Source: Thalia democratica
Lineage: Eukaryota
Reading direction: 5' to 3'
DNA length: 64,000 bases
Assembly: GCA_965202585.1 (NCBI GenBank)
Contig: OZ241828.1
Span: forward strand, 79,050,001 to 79,114,000
Shown: positions 33,734 to 47,792 of the stretch, one piece after another
Layout of the letters: every line of letters begins with the position of its first letter
How positions within the stretch are numbered: position 1 is the stretch's first letter
Program-made: the position numbers and the translations under genes
Notes under the pieces: model-generated
Told to the model about the DNA's origin: nothing
Databases searched by the model: none
The model's input: only the letters and a program-made list of their open reading frames with translations

Positions 33734-36620
33734 CAACTGCTTTACACAGGCACTATTCATTAACAAGTGGCTGGTCCGGCTAGCGAGCTGTTATTTACCA
33801 ACCCCTAAATTTGAAATTTAGATATAAGATTATGCAGAGGTACTTTATTAAAAATCTACTAAAAAGGTTAAACAGAATAGCTTTCTCAAAGTGTGTATAT
33901 TCGTGACATATAGTTGATAGTACAATTAATTACGGAATTAAGCTTCACGCAACAGCTAATGGTCACCTTATTTACCTTACACGTCTGAAAGCAATGCGAA
34001 ATATTAAGATTATCACGTGACATTCTTTACTGACAATGCTGCACTCTGCTGAAGACCTGTATACACTACTGAGTCAGTTATAATCGGCAGCCTCAGATTT
34101 CGACCTTAGAACAAGTCTTGAAAAAACTAAAGTCTTAATAAAAAGAACATGTGTTCTACCTTCAATCAAGATCAATGGCAAGGATATCAAAAATGTAAAA
34201 ACGTCTGTATACCTTGGTAACGCATCATTTCTTATATTTACACCAGTCGAAGATCAGCGCCTGAATTAGACAATCAGGCAAGAACTTAAGCCATTTGAAA
34301 GTGACCTATACTTAATAATCAGAAACCTCAAGTTTTCAAATTTCAGATCAAAGTACCAAAAGACCTTAAACAAAAATATAAAAAACTTACTGAGTAAGAA
34401 AATTAATATAGTACTTTTAGATAAAATTATACTATATAAACACAAATAAATACAAGCAGCTACTAAAAAATAGCATAACGAGCGAATATCTAACTGAGAA
34501 AGAAAATAGTATTAATGCTATTAATAACGAGGCAGCCCAGATTCTAAATAAACAAAAAGTTTAAAGAACAAAATAATACCAAAGTATGAAATCAACGAAG
34601 CATTCCTTTCTGTCAAATACCACAAACCGAATTTTCCACATGATATTAGCTTTAATACAATTAATTCATTGAAAACTTACTTAGGTATAATATCCAGAAC
34701 CATTCTACAAAAATACATCGCAATCATAAGAAACAAATCCAACCTTAGGCAATGGAAAAACTTTGACGAAGTGATTTGTTGATTCGAAAAAATCAACAAC
34801 AGAAATCGGAAGAGCTTCGCTTCGACATAAAAAATTTAAACCGAACCATTAGAAAAAAAATTTACTGGATGCAATCCATTTCTCTAATTCTTATTCAAAA
34901 CTAACAGCATTTGAATTAAATTAACTTATGCACACATGTAAATCAATTATGTTCTAAGATAAAACTATGTGGAAAAAAACCAACAGCAATGAAAACTTCA
35001 ACGTCCCAATAAGCTCATTCCACGGCGCTGAAGTGTGTGACCTCGTAGGTTTATATCTCTTGAACCCTTTTGCCATCAATATAGTCGATACCAAGTCAGT
35101 TGGTCTCTATAAAGGTGATGGACTTGCCGTCATTAAACAAAAAAGTAAACGTAATTTTTGCAAAATAAAAACCAAATCACAAGAAAGCTATCAGACATTG
35201 AATTCAATATTACAACCAGCGCAAGTGAAACCTCTACTAACTTCTTGGACATTCAATTAACCTTTCTAACCGATGACTACTGCCCTTACATCAAACCAAA
35301 TGCAAAAACTATTTATATTAACAAAGACTCAAACCACCCTTGAAAGATTAAGGAAAATAATCTAAAAATGATTGAAAAATAATTTCAAAACTAACGAAAA
35401 GCCAGGCCTCATTTGATAACGCAAAACACATTTATCAAAACGCTTTAAATAAAAGCAATTTCAATTATAAGCTCGAACACAATCCAACAATTGATAGAAC
35501 AAAACTAATAATCAGAAAAGGAAAGTGCATATTTTACAACCCACCTTTTTCGAATCAGTGAAAACAAAATTCGGAAGTCTATTCGTAAAACTGTTGGACA
35601 AACACTTCCCGAAATCAACTGAACTCTACAAAATATTTGATAGAAATTCAATCAAGATCTTATGTAGTTGTTGGCCAAACTTAAAAGCAATCATAAGTGT
35701 GCACAACAAAAAGCTACTCAAAAAACTACCAACAGAGTCAGAACTATGTAACTGCAAAAACAAAAACCAACTTCCAGTCATGAACAAATTTAAATCCATA
35801 ATTTAATCTACAAAGCAATTGCCTCATCTGAGAAAAATGAAAATATGTCATTTATTTGAACCACTCGAACACCTTTTAACAACAGATTATACGAACGTCG
35901 AACATAGAGCATCATTTCCTAAACCCAACAAGAAGAAGCCCACCAACTGCACAATTATACTAAAAAGACGAAAAATACACAATTAACTGGAAATGACTTA
36001 GACAAATCAACAGTATATTCAAACCAAACTTCATGCGCTCATTATGTAACCTGAAAGACTACACATAGCAAGTGCTAAATAATAGAAATGAACTGGTTAC
36101 ACAGTGCCCTCATTACCCAAGGGAATATTTTTAGTTGATTCTTAATCGCATTAATTAAGTGCATTTTATTCTATTTAATTAGTTGTTTCGTTATATTTAT
36201 GTTTCTATTGTGTATATATTTTCGGTTTTAGATACAACCTTGTCGTAAAAAGACTATTTTTTTTTTTTAAATACCCTATAAATCCTAATATTTTCAAATT
36301 TAAAAGCTTACTTTATTAAAAATACTGTTTAAATCTTGTACAAAACGAATTTTATCTTTCTTCAATATAATGGACTTAAATAATGTTTAATTAACATAAG
36401 ACAACAATTCTATATTTCGTTTTTATTTAATTTTTGTTAACAGCATGTTAATGGTAAGTCATATTTTAAACTTAAATTTATTTTTACGGGTGTATTATTT
36501 ATAGTTGTGTTATATTAATTCATCGCTTTGCATTTATTGTTTTTCAGCTTTTGTTTGCGCCTGATGAATTGCTGTGCTGAGAAACGGCGTAACGCAATAA
36601 GTTAAACAATAAATTAGTAT
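33734..36620 (+). mobile_element. Decayed Penelope-like retroelement (Neptune-like RT + Cys linker + GIY-YIG), copy 1
   Basis: ORF pieces: SFHGAEVCDLVGLYLL (family motif GSFDGAEVCELVGLYIL), GLYKGDGL (family GLYRDDGL, catalytic motif altered), NFLDIQL, YINKDSNHP, FGSLFVKLLDKHFPK, CNCKNKNQ.P...K; many stops and frameshifts; boundaries approximate. Confidence 0.9.
36555..36597 (+). ncRNA. Hammerhead motif, degenerate copy
   Basis: ttgcgc CTGATGA attgctgtgctga GAAA cggc GTA acgcaa; stems I and II carry mismatches. Confidence 0.55.
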
Positions 36621-38077
36621 ATTATTATATCAAATTTAAAAAAAAGTTTTAGTAATAAGTAATAAGTTTTCAAATAGTTCTATGCTTTATGTACATCTAA
36701 AAGCGTGCTGTTAAACTGTTTTTTAGTTATAACACAGCATAGAAATAACAATTTATATATTTTTTCAAGTACTTATTTTCGTCGAATTTTTTTTTATATA
36801 TTTCTTTATTTTAACTTGCACCAAACAGTACGTTAAAGTTCAAATGTTAGTAAAAATATTCTATGTGCTCTTTTAACTAGTAAGAAGTTAAATTGTTCAG
36901 TTTAAACTATACAAACAGCATACGATTATAAAATATATACTTTCTAGGATATCCTTAATATTAACGCCTTTAGAATTTTTTAATTTCGATTAAACTTAAT
37001 TCAGGACAAAAATGAGATTTTTGAATAATTTATAAACTATATTTTACCCAATATTTATAACCTAATCGATACTACAACTAAATTAGCTTAGTACTGAAAA
37101 ACTTTTTATAACATAACTTTTAAAAACTAACAACTATTGACGTGAATAAACCTTTCATCTACAACTTATATAATTTGCAGTATAACTTATATAAATACAT
37201 GTTTTTATAATTAGTTGCATTAATAAACTCTTTTTATTATTATACGACATGAATGATTTAATTTCTAAACTAAGGCTCGAAATAACTAAACTTGTAATGA
37301 ATTAAAAGTAATTCTATGATAATTATAAGTAGTTACATTAATAGTTTACTTTTATTACTACACAATATCCATTTTTTAATTAATTAGTCAACTTGCAGTG
37401 TATTTTAAGTAATTTTATTTTAAAGCGTAGTAATAATACTATCAAAAAGTCAAAACTTAAATCAACGAAAACATGTAGAATCAAGAATAATTAAATGCAT
37501 AAAAGCAATCAATTGCATTTAAAACTGGACTTTAATAATTATGAATAAACTTTAGATAACTACTCAAAATATAAATTTAAGTGTATGTCAACAACGGATC
37601 CTAGTAAAACAACTTCATTGAAATATAAAATAAAAAAAAATCTAACTTTATTGTACCAAAATATGTTTCCGTGTGTTAATAGACTAACAAACGTTCTGTA
37701 AAAATTAAATACTGTAATGAAAGAATAGAAGCTAAAGTAAGTCTAGATTAAACATGACTTAATAATTACAATTATTATAAAGTTTTATATCAGTCGGATT
37801 TAACATTAATTATTTTACCTATTATTAACTATTAACATCTAAAAATTTGTAGAAATTATTTTTATTTTAATGAATACATGTATACACCTACTTTAGCTTC
37901 TACTCGTTCTTTTATTCAGATTACTGTATAATTTGTTAGCCTTAAATAAACATCGTAATACTTTTTTTTAAATATATTCTGTGAGAAGCATGAACTTTAT
38001 TATTACAGTTTTAGATAAAAAATAGAACTATAGTTACACACAATCAATCTGTCATACTAGTTGTAATTTTTACTTTT

Positions 38078-40975
38078 AACTGCTTTACACAAGCACTATT
38101 CATTAACAAGTGGCTGGTCCGGCTAGCGAGCTGTTATTTACCAACCCCTAAATTTGAAGTTTAGACTTAAGATTATGCAGAGGTACTTTATTAAAAATCT
38201 ACTAAAAAAGTTTTAACAGAATAGCTTTCTCAAAGTGTGTATATTTTAAAAGTACTTCGTGACATATAGTTGATAGTACAATTAATTACGGAATTAAGCT
38301 TCACACAAGAGCTAATGGTCACCTTATTTACCTTACACGTCTGAAAGCAAAGTGAAATATTAAGATTATCACGTGACATTTTTTTTACTGACAATGCTGC
38401 ACTCTGCTGAAGACCTGTATAAACTATTGAGTCAGTTATAATCGGCAGTCTCAGATTTCGACCTTAGATCAAGTCTTGAAAAAATAAAGTCTTAATAAAA
38501 AGAACATGTGTTCTACCTTCAATCATGATCAATTTCAAGGATAACAAAATTGTAAAAACGTCTGTATACCTTGGTAACGCATCATGTCTTATATTTACAC
38601 CAGTCGGAGATCAGCGCCTGAATTAGACAAACTTAAACCATTTGAAAGTGACCTATACTTAACAATCAGAAACCTCAAATTTTCAAATTTCAGATTAAAG
38701 TACCAAAAGACCTTAAACAAAAACATAAAAAACTTACTGAGTAAGAAAATCAATATAGTACTTTCAGATAAAACATTAAATTAATACTATATAAACACAC
38801 ATAAATACAAGCAGCTACTAAAGAATAGCGTAACGGCGGAATATAAAACTGACAATGAAAATATCATTAATGCTATTAATAACGAGGCAGCCCAGATTCT
38901 AAATAAACAAAAAGTTTAAAGAACAAAAGAACAACAAAGTATGAAATCAACGAAGCATTACTTTCTGTCAAATACCACAAACCGAACTTTCCACATGACA
39001 TTAGCTTTAGAACAATTAATTCATTGAAAACTTACTTAGGTATAATATCCAGAACCATTCTACAAAAATACATCGCAATCATAAGAAACAAATCCAACCT
39101 TAGGCAATGTAAAAACTTTGACGAAGTAATTTGTTGATTCGAAAAAATCAACAACAAAAATCGCAAGAGCTTCGCTTCGACATAAAAAAAGTTATACCCA
39201 ACCATTGAAAAAAAATATTTACTAGATGCCATCAACTTCTCTAACTCTTATTTAAAACTAACAGAATTTGAATTAAATTAACTTATGCACACATGTAGAT
39301 CAATTATGTTCTAAGATAAAACTATGTGGAAAAAAACCAACAGCAATGACAACTTCAACGTCCGAATGGGCTCATTCCACGGCGCTGAAGTGTGTGACCT
39401 CGTAGGTTTATACCTCTTGAACCCTTTTGCCAACGATAATCGATACCGAGTCAGTTGGGCTCTATAAAGGTGATGGACTTGCCGTCATTAAACAAAAAAA
39501 TAAATGTAATATTTGCAAAATAAATAACCAAATCACAAGAAAGCTATCAGACATTGCATTCAATATTACAACCAACGCAGGTGAAACCTCTACTAACTTC
39601 TCGGACATTCAATCAAACTTTCTAACCGATGACTACTGCACGTACATCAAACCAAACGCAAAAACTATTTATATTAACAAAGACTCAAACCACCCTTGAA
39701 AGATTAAGGAAAATAATCTAAAAATGATTGAAAAATAATTTCAAAACTAACAAAAAACCAGGCCTCATTTGATAACGCAAAACACATTTATCAAAACGCT
39801 TTAAATAAAAGCAACTTCAATTATAAGCTCGAACACAATCCAACAATTGATCAAACAAAACTAATAATCAGAAAAGGAAAGTGCATATTTTACAACCCAC
39901 CTTTTTCGAATCAGTGAAAACAAAATTCGGAAGTCTATTCGTAAAACTGTTGGACAAACACTTCCCGAAATCAACTGAACTCTACAAAAACTTTGATAGA
40001 ACTTCTATCAAGATCTTATGTAGTTGTTGGCCAAACTTAAAAGCAATCATAAGTGTGCACAACAAAAAGCTACTCAAAAAACTACCAACAGAGTCAGAAC
40101 TATGTAACTGCAAAAACAAAAACCAACTTCCAGTCATGAACAAATTTAAATCCATAATTTAATCTACAAAGCAATTGCCTCATCTGAGAAAAATGAAAAT
40201 ATGTCATTTATTTGAACCACTCGAACACCTTTTAACAACAGATTATACGAACGTCGAACATAGAGCATCATTTCCTAAACCCAACAAGAAGAAGCCCACT
40301 AACTGCACAATTATACTAAAAAGACGAAAAATACACAATTAACTGGAAATGACTTAGACAAATCAACAGTATATTCAAACCAAACTTCATGCGCTCATTA
40401 TGTAACCTGAAAGACTACACATAGCAAGTGCTAAATAATAGAAATGAACTGGTTACACAGTGCCCTCATTACCCAAGGGAATATTTTTAGTTGATTCTTA
40501 ATCGCATTAATTAAGTGCATTTTATTCTATTTAATTAGTTGTTTCGTTAAACTTATGTTTCTATTGTGTATATATTTTTGTTTTTAGATACAACCTTGTC
40601 GTAAAAAGACTATTTTTTTTTTTAAATACCCTATAAATCCTAATATTTTCAAATTTAAAAGCTTACTTTATTAAAAATACTGTTTAAATCTTGTACAAAA
40701 CGAATTTTATCTTTCTTCAATATAATGGACTTAAATAATGTTTAATTAACATAAGACAACAATTCTATATTTCGTTTTTATTTAATTTTTGTTAACAGCA
40801 TGTTAATGGTAAGTCATATTTTAAACTTAAATTTATTTTTACGGGTGTATTATTTATAGTTGTGTTATATTAATTCATCGCTTTGCATTTATTGTTTTTC
40901 AGCTTTTGTTTGCGCCTGATGAATTGCTGTGCTGAGAAACGGCGTAACGCAATAAGTTAAACAATAAATTAGTAT
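38078..40975 (+). mobile_element. Decayed Penelope-like retroelement, copy 2
   Basis: ORFs 38584-38784, 39427-39699 and 39881-40162 are paralogous to copy 1. Confidence 0.9.
40910..40952 (+). ncRNA. Hammerhead motif, degenerate copy
   Basis: Identical to 36,555-36,597. Confidence 0.55.
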
Positions 40976-42431
40976 ATTATTATATCAAATTTAAAAAAAA
41001 GTTTTAGTAATAAGTAATAAGTTTTCAAATAGTTCTATGCTTTATGTACATCTAAAAGCGTGCTGTTAAACTGTTTTTTAGTTATAACACAGCATAGAAA
41101 TAACAATTTATATATTTTTTCAAGTACTTATTTTCGTCGAATTTTTTTTTATATATTTCTTTATTTTAACTTGCACCAAACAGTACGTTAAAGTTCAAAT
41201 GTTAGTAAAAATATTCTATGTGCTCTTTTAACTAGTAAGAAGTTAAATTGTTCAGTTTAAACTATACAAACAGCATACGATTATAAAATATATACTTTCT
41301 AGGATATCCTTAATATTAACGCCTTTAGAATTTTTTAATTTCGATTAAACTTAATTCAGGACAAAAATGAGATTTTTGAATAATTTATAAACTATATTTT
41401 ACCCAATATTTATAACCTAATCGATACTACAACTAAATTAGCTTAGTACTGAAAAACTTTTTATAACATAACTTTTAAAAACTAACAACTATTGACGTGA
41501 ATAAACCTTTCATCTACAACTTATATAATTTGCAGTATAACTTATATAAATACATGTTTTTATAATTAGTTGCATTAATAAACTCTTTTTATTATTATAC
41601 GACATGAATGATTTAATTTCTAAACTAAGGCTCGAAATAACTAAACTTGTAATGAATTAAAAGTAATTCTATGATAATTATAAGTAGTTACATTAATAGT
41701 TTACTTTTATTACTACACAATATCCATTTTTTAATTAATTAGTCAACTTGCAGTGTATTTTAAGTAATTTTATTTTAAAGCGTAGTAATAATACTATCAA
41801 AAAGTCAAAACTTAAATCAACGAAAACATGTAGAATCAAGAATAATTAAATGCATAAAAGCAATCAATTGCATTTAAAACTGGACTTTAATAATTATGAA
41901 TAAACTTTAGATAACTACTCAAAATATAAATTTAAGTGTATGTCAACAACGGATCCTAGTAAAACAACTTCATTGAAATATAAAATAAAAAAAAATCTAA
42001 CTTTATTGTACCAAAATATGTTTCCGTGTGTTAATAGACTAACAAACGTTCTGTAAAAATTAAATACTGTAATGAAAGAATAGAAGCTAAAGTAAGTCTA
42101 GATTAAACATGACTTAATAATTACAATTATTATAAAGTTTTATATCAGTCGGATTTAACATTAATTATTTTACCTATTATTAACTATTAACATCTAAAAA
42201 TTTGTAGAAATTATTTTTATTTTAATGAATACATGTATACACCTACTTTAGCTTCTACTCGTTCTTTTATTCAGATTACTGTATAATTTGTTAGCCTTAA
42301 ATAAACATCGTAATACTTTTTTTAAATATATTCTGTGAGAAGCATGAACTTTATTATTACAGTTTTAGATAAAAAATAGAACTATAGTTACACACAATCA
42401 ATCTGTCATACTAGTTGTAATTTTTACTTTT

Positions 42432-45335
42432 AACTGCTTTACACAAGCACTATTCATTAACAAGTGGCTGGTCCGGCTAGCGAGCTGTTATTTACCAACC
42501 CCTAAATTTGAAGTTTAGACTTAAGATTATGCAGAGGTACTTTATTAAAAATCTACTAAAAAATTTTAAACAGAATAGCTTTCTAAAAGTGTGTATATTT
42601 TAAAAGTTTTTCGTGACATATAGTTGATAGTACAATTAATTACGGAATTAAGCTTCACGCAACAGCTAATGGTCACCTTATTTACCTTACACGTCTGAAA
42701 GCAAAGTGAAATATTAAGATTATCACGTGACATTCTTTTTACTGACAATGCTGCACTCGTTGCTCACTCTGCTGAAGACCTGTATACACTATTGAGTCAG
42801 TTATAATCGGCAGCCTCAGATTTCGACCTTAGATCAAGTCTTAAAAAAACTAAAGTTTTAATCCAAAGAACATGTGTTCTACCTTCAATCAAGATCAATT
42901 TCAAGGATATCAAAGTTGTAAAAACGTCTGTATACCTTGGTAACGCATCATTTATTTATTTACACCATTCGAAGATCAGCGCCTGAATTAGACAATCTTA
43001 AGGCATTTGAAAGTGACCTATACGTAATAATGAGAAACCTCAAGTTTTCAAATTTCAGACCAAAGTACCAAATAACCTTAAAGAAAAACATAAAAAACTT
43101 ACTGAGTAAGAAAATAAGTATAGTACTTTCAGATAAAACATCAAATTTATACTATATAAACACAAATAAATACAAGCAGCTTCTAAAGAATAGCATAACG
43201 AGCGAAGATAAAACTGACAATGAAAATATCATTAATGCTATCAATAACGAGGCAGCCCAGATTCTAAACTAAATAAACAAAAAGTTTAAAGAACTAAATA
43301 ATACCAAAGTATGAAATCAACGAAGCATTACTTTCTGTCAAATACCACAAACCGAACTTTCCACATGATATTAGCTTTAGAACAATTAATTCATTGAAAA
43401 CTTACTTAGGTATAATATCCAGAACAATTCTACAAAAATACATCGCAATCATAAAAAAACAAATCCTACCTTAAGCAATGGAAAAACTTTGACGAAGTGA
43501 TTGGTTGATTCGAAAAAATCAACAACAAAAATCGCAAGAGCTTCGCTTCGACATAAAAAATCTATACCGAAACATTAAAAAAAAATTTACTGGATGCAAT
43601 CAATTTCTTTATTTCTTATTTAAAACTAACAGAATTTGAAATAAATTCGCTTATGCACACATGTAAATCAATTATGTTCTAAGATAAAACTATGTGGATA
43701 AAAACCAACAGCAATGACAACTTCAACGTCCGAATGGGTTCATTCCACGGCGCTGAAGTGTGTGACCTCGTAGGTTTATATCTCTTGAACCCTTTTGCCA
43801 ACAATATAATCGATACCGAGTCAATTGGTCTCTATAAAGGTTATGGACTTGCCGTCATTAAGCAAAAAAGTAAATGTAATGTTTGCAAAATAAATAACCA
43901 AATCGTAAGAAAGCTATCAGACATTGGATTCAATATTACAATCAACGCAGGTGAAACCTCTACTAACTTCTTGGACATTCAATTAACCTTTCTAACCGAT
44001 GACTTACATCAAACCAAATGCAAAAACTATTTATATTAACAAAGACTCAAACCACCCTTGGAATATTAAGAAAAATAATCTAAAAATTATTGAAAAATAA
44101 TTTCAAAACTAACAAAAAGCCAGACCTCATTTAATAACGCAAAACACATTTATCAAAACGCTTTAAATAAAAGCAACTTAAATTATAAGCTCGAACACAA
44201 TCCAACAATTGATAAAACAAAACTAAAAATCAGAAAAGGAAAGTGCATATTATACAAACCACCTTTTTATAATCGGTGAAAACAAAATTCGGAAGTCTAT
44301 TCGTAAAACTGCTAGACAAACACTTCCCGAAACAAACTGAACTCTACAAAATCTTTGATAGAAATTCCATCAAGATCTTATGTAGTTGTTGGCCAAACAT
44401 AAAAGCAATCATAAGTGTACACACCAAAAAGCTACTTTTAAAACCACCAACAGAGTCAGAACTACGTAACTGCAAAAACAAAAACCAACTTCCAGTCATG
44501 AACAAATGTAAATCCATAATCTAATCTACAAAGCAATTGCCTCATCTGAGAAAAATTAAAATATGTCATTTATTTGATCCACTCGAACACCTTTTATCAA
44601 CAGATTATACGAACGTCGAACATAGAGCATCATTTCTTAAACCAAACAAGAAGAAGCCCACCAACTGCACAATTATACAAAAAAGACGAAAAATACACAA
44701 TAAACTGGAAATGACTTGGACTAATCAACAGTTTATTCAAACCAAACTTCATGTGCTCATTATGTAACCTACAAAGACTATACATAGCAAGTGCTAAATA
44801 ATAGAAATGAACTGGTTACACAGTGCCCTCATTACCCAAGGGAATATTTTTAGTTGATTCTTAATCGCATTAACTAAGTGCATTTTATTCTATTTAAATA
44901 GTTGCTTCGTTATACTTATGTTTCTATTGTGTATATATTAATGTTTTGAGATACAACCTTTTCGTAAAAAGACTATTCTCGTTTTTTATAATCCCTTATA
45001 AATCCTAATATTTTCAATTTTAAAAGCTTATTATATTTAAAATACTGTTTAAATCTTGTACAAAGCGAATTTTATCTTTCTTTATTATAATGGACTTAAA
45101 TAATGTTTAATTAACAGAAGACAACAATTCTATATTTCGTTTTTCTTTAATTTTTGTTAACAGCATGTTAATGGTAAGTCATGTTTTAAACTTAAATTTA
45201 TTTTTACGGATGTATTATTTATAATTGTGTTATATTAGTTCATCGCTCTGCATTTTTTTTGTCAGCTTTTGTTTGCGCTTGATGAATTGCTCTGCTGAGA
45301 AACGGCGTAACGCAATAAGTTGAACAATAAATTAG
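42432..45335 (+). mobile_element. Decayed Penelope-like retroelement, copy 3
   Basis: ORFs 42937-43272, 43692-44039 (MGSFHGAEVCDLVGLYLL...YKGY) and 44276-44524. Confidence 0.9.
45273..45315 (+). ncRNA. Hammerhead motif with mutated core (TTGATGA)
   Basis: C3 to U change in CUGANGA; probably inactive. Confidence 0.45.
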
Positions 45336-47582
45336 TGTATTAACATATTATATTAAATGTAAAAACAAGTTTTAGTAATAAGTAATAAGTTTTCAAATAG
45401 TTCTATGCTTTGTGTACATTTAAAAGCGTGCTGTTAAATTGTTTTTAGTTATAACACAGAATAGGAAAAACAATTCATAACTTTTTTCAAGTACTTATTT
45501 TCGTCAAAAAATGTTTTCTATTTTTTCTATTTTAACTTGCACTAAACAGTACGTTAAAGTTCAAATGTTAGTAAAAATATTCTATGTGCTCTTTTAACCA
45601 GTAAGAAGTTAAATTGTTCAGCTTAAACTATACAAACAGCTTACGATTATAAAATATATACTTTCTTCGATAGCCTTAATATTAACGCCTTTTTAAAACA
45701 CCTTAAAAACATTGAACATCCAAATAATTGCATTGAATATTTGGCAAGCAGTTTTATTACTTAAAAACCATTATAATGTACGTGTCGGATTTGCACGTTG
45801 CATTTTTTATTTCAGAAATTTATTATGGACTCTAAAAAAATAAAGCGTTTCATTTTCAAAATCCTTTACTACAGGGTTTTAGCAGCATTTATATTAAATA
45901 AATATAAAAATCCTATTAATTTTTATAACCATTGATTTTTTAAATATCTAAACAAAACATAATCTTTGACAATTTAATCGAATCACGGAACTTTTTTTAA
46001 ACTTAAAGGGCCACAACTCAAAAAGTATCTTTACATTAAAAATGCGTATGTGAGCTTTTTAATACCAAAAAAACTTTTTTTTTATTAAATATTTGTTGAG
46101 GTATGGATAAAATAAGTTTTGTAATATAGTAATTTTAAAATTTATATTAATAATTTTTTCTAAAATTAAAAAAAAAAATTCCAGGCATTTCTTAGACCAA
46201 GGGTCGGCAAATTGCGGCCGCAAGCAAATGTAGCCCACTGAACTAAACTATACTTTACGTTGATATTTTGTAGGGTATTCAGTGTATTATGGTTAAACCA
46301 TGTTTAACAGGATTTCCATAAGTTTATTAAATTTAAGGTTTAGACTTAAAAACTTGGATAAGATTGATTAGAGTAGTGGTTTTTTCTTAAATCGCAATCT
46401 TAAATTTAGTCCAAAAAATATGTAGAGTTTAAACAGGCATTCCGTGTGTAGGTAAAAGTCATTTATAAGGACAAAATTAATGATACAAAACTTTTTTGTG
46501 TCTGACTAAAGCTAAAGCCAATATAATATTAAAGTACCACAAAAACTAAAACTGCGGCCCGCAAAGATTTTAAACATTTAACTACTATAAGTTGAAAACA
46601 TATTCTTAAAAGCGAAATGGTAATTTTACAAGCATTGATATAAAAATCTACAACCATAATAAAAAAAAAAGAGTATAGCTTGTTTATTAAAATGAATTAA
46701 CTTTTTTGGTTGAATCTTAGTTTAAGGCTAGAAACTGTGTTAAGTAGTATAACAACATTGTAAAGATATAGTAAATCTACGTTATTTTGTTTTTTAATTT
46801 AAAAAAGTTTTATGATGAAAAAAGTCTACATATATATGGTATATTTTTCGTGCCAAATTTAAACTTTACTACTTAAAATTATTTTTTTTTTAAATTCCAG
46901 GACTTTTAGTAATTTTCGTTCAAAATTCCACATATTTCTGAAGATTTCTCAAATTCAAGGTTTTTAAAGGATTCAAGGTTAAGTGGCCATCCTGCTATAT
47001 GTAAACAAACACTAGTTGAGAATATATAATAAAAACGAAAATTCTTTTTTATACAGGTTGAACTGTATCAGTGAAACACATTTTGTAAATGTTTTAATAA
47101 TGTTGAAATTCGATACAATAATTTAGATACTTAAACAGTTGTAACAGCGAAAATGCATACGACATTTGGTTAAGGAAAATAAAATTGAGTAACAGGGATG
47201 CTGCTTTTTGAGTCAAAAAATTGTCCTGAGTGACCTTAAAGTGGGTAGGTGTCAAATTCGCACGAGCGGACAAACTTTTCATGAGGCTAAAACAAACGAA
47301 GGGAATAAACTGCACGAAAGCACTTTTGCACGAGGGGACGTAATTCCATAAATAGACATTTTTTCAGTTGAATTTTTCATTTGTTTATTTTTTATAACTT
47401 AACTTTTCTTTTAATTTTTACTATCACTGTTACCCCTAACCTTTACCATCGATCTGTAGCTTTCTTTTTTCTTCTTCTTAATTAATTTTTTTTTATTCAT
47501 TCATTTTTATTGTTTTTTGTTTAATAATTTTTTTTAGTATGAAATTTATCAAATTGAGTTGTTAAAGCAAACAATTATTTAC

Positions 47583-47792
47583 CTGACAAATATCCTTCAG
47601 ATCGTTCAGCTGATCCACGATATCACTCCTCATCGTGTTTTGCTTGCCCTGCTCATCTTGATTTCGTTCAGCTTCCTCGCTGCTTCCACCTGGTTGGCGT
47701 CTGTTCCCTTCTCGAGTGAACTTCTTCTCGGGTTGCTTCACCTCGCCCTTCGCCGTCACCCGCGTCTAAACTTCATCCTTTGCTGCCTTCAC
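47583..47792 (-). pseudogene. Orphan exon with TAG, unit 2 copy
   Basis: Offset 31,999 from 15,584-15,793. Confidence 0.7.

Larger units (their letters stand above)
32603..45690. repeat. Three tandem copies of a ~4.36 kb block (PLE plus flanks)
   Basis: Identical junction aacgcc-ttta-gaattttttaatttcg at ~36,969 and ~41,324 joins the downstream flank back to sequence matching ~32,603. Confidence 0.93.

Noticed and set aside
34095-34125. Minus-strand relic gac-tt..aag-gtc-GAAA resembling hammerhead stem II of PLE repeats
   Set aside because: The CUGANGA core is absent in all three copies; at best a decayed relic.
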